From Octopus sinensis (taxonomy: Eukaryota), in NCBI RefSeq assembly GCF_006345805.1, contig NC_043003.1, forward strand, positions 26,040,001 through 26,104,000: a DNA stretch of 64,000 nt. The letters run 5' to 3'. Shown here piece after piece: positions 51,952 through 60,900 of the stretch; the stretch's first letter is position 1; each line of letters starts with the position of its first letter. The notes beneath the pieces were generated by a model. The model had not been told where the DNA came from. It worked only from the letters and a program-made list of their open reading frames with translations, and ran no database searches. The position numbers were made by a program, and so were the translations under genes.

Positions 51952-54900
51952 ATATATATATACATATATATATACACACACATATATATATACACATATA
52001 TATATAAAACACATGTATACATACACACATTCATTTACTTTTGCTTGTTTTTCCATGCTAGCAGGAGTTAGATGAGTACATATTAACCAGTTAGCATATA
52101 AACAGGTTGTATCAGGCCCCAAAATTCTACCCGTTTTATTATTTCTTTATTGCCCACAAGGGGCTAAACATAGAGGGGACAAACAAGGACAAAGGGTTTA
52201 AGTCAATTACATCAATCCCAGTGCATAACTGGTACTAGATTTATCGACCCTGAAAGGATGAAAGGCAAAGTTGACCTCAGAACATAATGGCAGATGAAAT
52301 ACCGATAAGCATTTCACCCGGCGTGCTAACGTTTCTGTCAGCTCACCACCTATTCTACCTGTTTTATGTCCAGCAAGAGCTGACCTCTCACACATACCCT
52401 ACAATTTCATTCTAAAAAACAAACACATCATCAACATCTGAAAGCTAACAGATAATGCCTGATTAATTCAAAATGTGGCACGTAAAAAGCACCCACTACA
52501 CTCATGGAGTGGTTGGCGTTAGGAAGGGCATCCAGCCGTAGAAACACTGCCAGATCTGACTGGGCCTGAAGAAGCCTTCCGGCTTCACAGACCCCAGTTG
52601 AACCGTCCAACCCATGCTAGCATGGAAAACGGATGCTAAATGATGATGATGATGTGAATAAAAAGCATTACATTTGACTGAGTAATTTGAATGCTAAATG
52701 GTAAAGGCATAGTTTTACAGCCAAATATCTTTCCTGTCACTAGATCTTCCTTGTTTTTGAAGAGATCCTTTATTCCACATATTTTTGAAAGCACATAGGC
52801 ACAGCAATCTGCTGACAGAGAAATAACAAACACCACCAACTGTAGCTCAGTGACTTTCCATGCAAATCACAATGTCAACAGTAATCTCTCCCCCTTCCTT
52901 GAGCTAAATCTTAAACCCACCATACCTCATCTTTAACACCTTTTATATCTGCTATTATTGTCAATGCCTTTCCATATCTGCCATTGAAACCCCTTGCCCC
53001 ATTGTTACTCTACTCACTATAGCCACCACTATGTACCTCTGACCTCCATCTCTATCACTGTACATCTCCACTCCTCAGTCACATCATTTCCCTACTTTTT
53101 TCATTCGTTTTTCCATGCTAGCATGGGTTACGTGAATATATTATTGAGGTATTGTTTTACTGCTGAAAGGCTTTCCTCTTGCTGACCCTTACCAGTTTTT
53201 CAAGTAAGGGATCTCTTGTTTCAAACATCTTCAAAAGTATGAAGTGAACAAGTGATTTGTTAACAGAAGAAAAACATGAACACTGCTTGTAGCTAGTAAC
53301 TTTGGTAGAGAGCAAATGTATACAGACACACACTCTTATAAATGTATATAAATACACACTCATAGACACATACATATATACACATGTGTCTATATATTTA
53401 TACACACATATACATGTATGCATATATATATATATATATATATATATGGGGGATCTGAATTGTTGCAGTAAGTAACTAAGTAGAGAAGATAATAGCTTAC
53501 ATACAAATCCATATAATAAGAGTTTGAACAAGTAGCACAGCAGTTAGAAGTCGTGCTCAAATACATACTTTAACAAATACATTTTCACCACCAGCAGCAC
53601 TTCCATTGCGGTGTTCGCTACCAATTTTCTGCTGTAATCATAAAAAGGCTTTCACTTTTTTTGGGGGGAACACTTGAATTTCAAAAAAAATAGTTATGGA
53701 TCAAATGAATTATTACAGAAATCACCAGTGGATTTAGATTAGTAGTAGTAGTAGTAGTAATAATAATAATAATAATAGTAGTAATAATAATAATAATAAT
53801 AGTAATAATGATTCTAATTTTGGCATGAGGCTAGTAATTTTGAAGGGAGCGGGCAAGTCGAGTACATCGACTCCAGTGCTTGACTGGTACTTTATTTTAT
53901 CGACCCTAGAAGGATGAAAGGCAAAGTTGACCGTGGTGGGATTTGAGTGCAAAACCTAAAGAGTAGAGAAATGCTGTTGAGCATTTTGTCTGACATGCCA
54001 ATGATTTCTGCCAGCTCACCTCTCTGATAATATAAGTAATGATAATAATAATAATTATTATTATTAGCAATCATCAGTTCTGAGACTGTAGGAGATAAAA
54101 AAAAAAATGAAATTTAAAAAAAAAATTGGATTAGAACCATAAAAAAATAAAACAAAAATTCAAAACAACAATACTACAAATAAAAGACAAAAAAAACTCA
54201 ATAACAAAGACAAGCATTACTTACATCAAGGCTGTGTTCATTGACCATTAGTAGAGGGGTGCCCTGAGTAAGAAGCTTACAGGAATAGCCTGAAAGAGAA
54301 GTTTGGGAAATATGAGGTTGCTATGCAGCATATACCACAGTGGTTATAGGTTATAGGCAATATAGACCTCAGTGGTTATAGGTTATAGGCAATTTAGACC
54401 TCAGTGGTTATAGGTTATAGGTAATATAGACCTCAGTGGTTATAGGTTATAGGTAATATAGACCTCAGTGGTTATAGGTTATAGGCAATATAGACCTCAG
54501 TGGTTATAGGTTATAGGCAATATAGACCTCAGTGGTTATAGGCAATATAGACTTAGTGGTTATAGGTAATATAGACCTGAGTGGTTATAGGTTATAGGCA
54601 ATATAGACCTCAGTGGTTATAGGCAATATAGACTTTAGTGGTTATAGGCAATATAGACAGTGGTTATAGGTTATAGGCAATATAGACCCCAGTGGTTTGT
54701 AGGCTACCTTTGTTCTACCTTTAATGTGTTAGCAGACAATACTGTTGCTTATCCCAGTTCACAGGCTAGTTGAGAGATAGGCTTCTCTCTCTTGATAAGA
54801 TGCAAGCAAATCTATCAGAGACTGCTTACTGCAGGAGTTACAACTGACGTTGTGAATAAATTTAACTTGAATTACACCAGGGAACAGTTGTAATCACCTC

Positions 54901-57900
54901 CCTCAACACAACATATCTATTCTAGAGGTAAATGGAAGGCCCAAAATCAAGTTCTGTTCCTTGCTCATTGACTCAGAAAAGCAATAATGAGGAGAAACTT
55001 TAAACAAACATTGAAAATTATTGCAAAAGGGAAACGGTAAGAACTGAAAGTGATATGATCTGTAAAGTGTTGAGGATTGAACTGGATGAAAAATCTAGAT
55101 AGAAGAGGAGGGGAAAATCTGGACAGGACTGGAGGAAAAGATCTAGAGTGGACTGGAAGAAAATATCAGGATGGAAGTGGATGAAAAGATCAAGACTGGG
55201 GTGGGGTGGGGTGGGGAATTAGGACTGGAAAAAAATTGAAAAGAAGTATGAAGAACTAAAACACTAGAAGGCCTAAGAAAATAAAAGAGTGAACTTAAAA
55301 TGAAAATAACCAATTAATCTAACTCTATCAAACCCTCCAAGAAGTACAAAAAACAATTGCAAATGAACTGAGAATGATGGAATAGATTAGGGTGTATTAT
55401 GTGTGTATTAGTGATAGCCATGATACACATGCCACCCTCCTCCTGCTCCAATCATAAATATGTGTAAATGCTTATGTATATATTTCTACATATGTTTGAT
55501 TACATTACATAAACCAAGAGATAAATAACATACCAATATTAACTGCTGTTTCTTGTTTGTCTCCAGTGAGGACCCAAATTTTTATATCTGCTCTCATTAG
55601 ATTGGCAATGCTCTCTGGTACTCCCTGAAAATAAATATATGGATGAATGGATATAAAAAAAAAGAACCAAACGAAATAAAAAACAACACTTTATGAAGAA
55701 TAAATGGCTACATCAATTGTGGAGGAGGTTTGAACCATGAATCAAAACATTTAAATTTAACCCTTTAGCACTGAATCTGGCCGTATCTGGTCCAAATATT
55801 CTACCTATTTTATGCTCAAACTGGTTAGATCTAATCTCTTACACCTATCCTATTATGTCATTCTGAAAATGAGCAATCACATCATCAAAATCTTGAAGCT
55901 GCAATTGTATTCAACCATGGCTATGCTAGGTGAGTTACAAATTATATGTAGAATGAATCAGTTTAATGAAAATTGAAATTACAATAGAAATAGATTTCTA
56001 AATCTGGTTTTAAATTGACCATGTGAATAAAGAAGCATTACATTTGGGAGAATAATCTGAATGCTAAAAGGTTAATGTAGTAAATCCTGTAATGTATACA
56101 TTACAGGATTTCCAGCCCCTTATAACAGGTTGCAACTCTAATGTATGTAAATGAATGTTATGCAAATATCAAAGGGTCCATCATTTACAACATTAACCTT
56201 TTAGCATTCAGATTATTCTCCCACATGTAATGCTTTGTTATTCACATGGTCAATTCAAAACTATGTTGCTAACATTCAGACCGAGTTACCAATTTGTGGA
56301 TAGTTGTGCATCTTCCCACTAATCTCAGAGGTCCTGTAAAGGATCATGGGCACTGCCTCCCTCCAAAATAAAAGATGAAAAAAAAAAAAATTTAAACATG
56401 AATTCTGTAAAAGGGTGCAGAGAGGTCTCATGTAGGTTTGGTAACAAGTGAGTTAAACAGATGTTAATTAGAACACATATTAAAAAAATTTTTAAACATA
56501 CCTCTTGCAACCTGTCCTCAATAGCTGTCGACCCTATCAAGTTAAGGTTCTGTAAAAAAAACAAATAAGAAACTCATCATCATTATTATTATTATTATTA
56601 TTATTAGAGATGGCAAGCTGGCAGAGATGCTAGCATGTTGGACAAAATGCTTAGCAGCATTTATTCCAGCTTGACATTCTGATTTCAAATTCTCTGAAGG
56701 TCAAGTTTGCCTTTCATAGTTTCAGGGATTGATAAAATAAGTACTAGTTAAGCACTGGGGTTAATGCAATTGACTAGACCATCCCTCAAAATTTCAGGCC
56801 TTGTGCCTTTAGCAGAAAGAATTATTATTATTATTATTATTATTAAAATGGCAAGTTGGCAGAATTCTTAGCAAGTGGGGCAAAATGCTTTGCGGCATTT
56901 TGTCCATCTTTATGCTCTCAGTTCAAAATATGCCAAGGTCAATTTTGCATTTCATCCTTTTGCGGTTGATAAAATAAGTACCAGTTGAACACTGGGGTTG
57001 ATGTAATCGACTCATCCCCTCCCCCAAAATTGCTGCCCTTGTGGCAAAATTATTATCATTATTATTCTTAAGGCAGCAAGCTGGCAGAACTGTTAGCATG
57101 CTAGGCAAAGTGCTTAGTGGCATTTTGTCCATCTTTACGTTCCGAGGTCACATTCCGCTGAGGTTAACTTTGCCTTTGATCCTTGTAGGGTAAATAGTAT
57201 AAGTACCATTTATGTACTGCTAACCAAGTACCATATTTCAAAATTATTATTATAACTACTACTATGATAATAATAATAATGATGGTTTTGAAATAATGCA
57301 CTTGGCCAGCAGTTTTGGGGGAGAGGGGGTAAGTCATTATTATTATTACTATTATTATTATAACTACTACTACTAGTAGTACTGTGATAGTGAAGGTGCA
57401 AGGCTCATTGGTTAGAGTGTCGTGCTCCCAATAACGAGATAGTGAGTTTGATTCCCGGACTGGGCTGTGTGTTGTGTTCTTGAGCAAGACACTTTATTTT
57501 TTCATGTTGCTCCAGTTCACTCAGCAGTAGAAAAGAGTTGTGATGTCACTAGTACCAAGCTGTATCAGCCTTTGCTTTTCCCTTGGATAACATCAGTGGC
57601 ATGGAGAGGGGAGGCTGGTATGCATGGGCGACTGCTGGTCTTCCATAAACAAGCTTGCCTGGACTTTTAGGGGTCTTTTAGTACTATGACATAACTTCAC
57701 TGGCACAAGGTTTCAGAGCTTTGGGTGAAGCAAGCGGGAACATATTTAGACAAGTGTACCTTTCTCAGTTGCATTAGTTAATATAAAGTGAAACTGGGAC
57801 TGAAAGTGAATCTCTGATGTAGCTTGCCCATAATCTCCATTCATTGTTTAATGACTCCCTTTACCTCTGTCCAATTAAACAGATCTATGATCAAAGGTGT

Positions 57901-60900
57901 CCAGGCTTTGACCATCCTGTTTTATTTCAAGGGGAAGAGTGTGAGAATGAGGGAGGAAAGAGTGTGAAAGAGTGAAAAAGGAGTAAGAGGGGGGAAGGGG
58001 GGCAGAATTTAGTAGGGAAAAGAGCTAGAGGATAAGGTGTGGAAGGCAAGAAGGAGAGATGTAAATAATGGAGGGGAAAAAAAACAACAATTTCCATCTT
58101 ACCTGTTCAATTAATTCAGCTGCCTCTCCCAGTCTCTTCTCCCGGTTCTGTATCGTGGTGCTGGCTTTATAGTAAGTGTGTTTCCAATCATTGTAGAACT
58201 CAGGAGAAACTTCTGCGGTGGCAATACATAGCGTTCGAAGACCTACAACACAGAACAACAACAATTTAGGAAAATATCCAATGATCTCATGTTCCTCTGA
58301 TAGCAAAACTATCAACTCAGTGATGTTTATAAGAAAGAATTGTGTACTTAAATTCTGTAGCTGCTAAGCTGTGTGTGCATCCATAATTCACTATGTTTTT
58401 CCAATTGGTACACGAGAAATTACAGTGAACACAAATGGTTATTTGCCCAAATTAATGTCATAATTAACAGTTGTACTTAGAGTGGGGAGAAAGGGGTGAG
58501 AAAGAGCAAGCAGGGGAGAGAAAAATCTGGCTTTTTTGAGTTACAGATAGTCATCATCATCATCATCCTCACCATTGTCTCACATCTGTTGTTGATATTG
58601 GCATGGGTTGGATGGAATATATTATAGTAGATTTTCTATGACCAGATGCTATTCCTGGTGCCAACCTTCATCTGTTACCAAACAAGTTAATATTTCCCCA
58701 TGGCTTAGCATGTTTTTGTATTAAATTAGAAATGAAAGACACTGGCTTGTATGATAGTGGCACTTGTTTACAACTATTATGTAATATCAAGACAAGGAGA
58801 CACAAACATACACATGGCTTCTTTCAGTTTACATCTGTCAAATCCACTCACAAGGTATTGGTTGGCCTGCAGCTATTGTAAAAACACTTGCCCAAGGTGC
58901 CATGCAGTGGGACTGAACTTGAGACCAAGTGGTTGAAAAACAAACATCTGAACAACACAACCATGTCAGGGAGTACAATTAATAAATTGATGGCACTCCG
59001 TCGGTTACGATGACGAGTGTTCTAGTTGATCCGATGAACGGAACAGCCTGCTCGTGAAATTAATGCGCAAGTGGCTGAGCACTCCACACATACATGCACC
59101 CTTAACATAGTTCTTGGGGAGATTCAGCGTGACACAGAGTATAACAAGGCTGGCCCTTTGAAATACAGGTACAACAGAAACAGGAAGAAAGAGTGAGAGA
59201 AAGTTATGGTGAAGGAGTACAGCAGGGTTCATCACCCCCCCCCTGCTGGAGCCTTGTGGAGCTTTAGGTGTTTTCGCTCAATAAACACTCACAACGCCCG
59301 GTCTGGGAATCAAAACCGCGAGTCCACTGCCCTAACTACTGGGCCATTGCACTCCACAATTAATAAATTATACATTTATAAATTATCCCAATATGGATGG
59401 ATGTTTCAGAATCATGTTTTGGTAGGAATAACATCTTCCTAAACCTGCACTGAAACATGATGTGGATAGAAAGAAATATTCAGAATTTAATCCATACCTG
59501 TTGTTGCAAACTCTTCCAGGTGAGTTAAAGTGATTTCTTTATATTGCTGGTTATCAGCTAATCTTTCATAGATCACAGTATCCTAGTGAGACAAAAAAGA
59601 CAAGACAGAAATGGTCAGGATATTAAAACAGCTTGTATCATAACTAATTGATAGTACTGCCATAACGGGTTACTGAAATTAAAGCAGTGTTTAGCTGGGT
59701 CGATTTTGCAATGGGTCAATGATTTGAAAGGGAATATTTCAGCCAGGAGGTTCACTATTGATTTTCATATTATCAAGTGTGACTGCATTCCTACAGATGT
59801 TTCCACAAAAAGAAAAGAAAAAAATAAACTCCACAAGAAAACGAACAAACAACATGATCACATTTATACATGGAAATAACAATTTCTAAACATACACAGT
59901 ACAATATAGATTACATAAAATGCAAAAACATTGCATGAGGAACATGTTATGGAATTAATAAGAATTCACTATATCGTAAGAGTATGTTCTTACCACAAAA
60001 GATGTTGACTACTGTGTTGAGGGGCGGCAGTAAAATCAGCATTACTAGTAGGATAAGGGACAGTATTTACTATCTTATAATTCATTATCACAAACTCGAG
60101 GGGTGAAGAATGAATTCAAAGTTGTTTGTTGTTTATGATGCATCATCTCTTTGTACAGTTCAGTATAGGAATTGACAAATTTAGTAATGAGTTGCTGAAG
60201 CAGAAATATCATTATAGCAAATATTCTGCTCAATACCATAGATTTGCATATCAGTTACTTGGTCCTAACCACTTGAGTATATCCCTTAGTAGTTGACAAT
60301 ATGTGCATCTCTGATCATGAGCATGGGGGAACATCACAACCATGTGTTGGGAAGGATTCTTTGGTGGGGGGTGTGTGAATAAATGTAATAAAAGCAAAGT
60401 TTGAAGGAAATGTTAGTCAATTTTCATACTTTCTAGGGATAAGCAGATAGGAAATAACAGTTGCTACCCAAGGACAAAAATCGTGTCACACAGTGTTGTT
60501 GTTATCATTACCATCATCAAACATCACAAAGAGAGTAAAAGAAGAAGAACACTTACAGCTCCTTTACAGAAGAGTTTGATTTTTCCATCAGGGCATCTAA
60601 TAACAACTGACATTCGTTTCCTGAGACTGGAAATATTGATGAAGGAATATGAATGAGAAAAGGAGAAGGGAAAAGAGGAAGAAAACAAAATAAAAAAATG
60701 TTTCACAAAAAAAACAACACATAAAAATGATACTCAGAAAAATTACACTTTGTAAAAAAAAAAAAAAAAAAAAAAATTGTAATTAAAATCAAGGATTTAA
60801 AAATTCAAAATTGATGAATTTTATATAACAATGCTGCACGGAATTTTGTCAGTGAACAGGTCACAGTCTCAAAGCGACGAAAATATTTTGACAAATTAAA

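Noticed and set aside
54338-54704. CRISPR-like array (32-bp periodicity)
   Set aside because: Units are contiguous with no unique spacers, there are no cas genes, and the context is a eukaryotic intron: a minisatellite.
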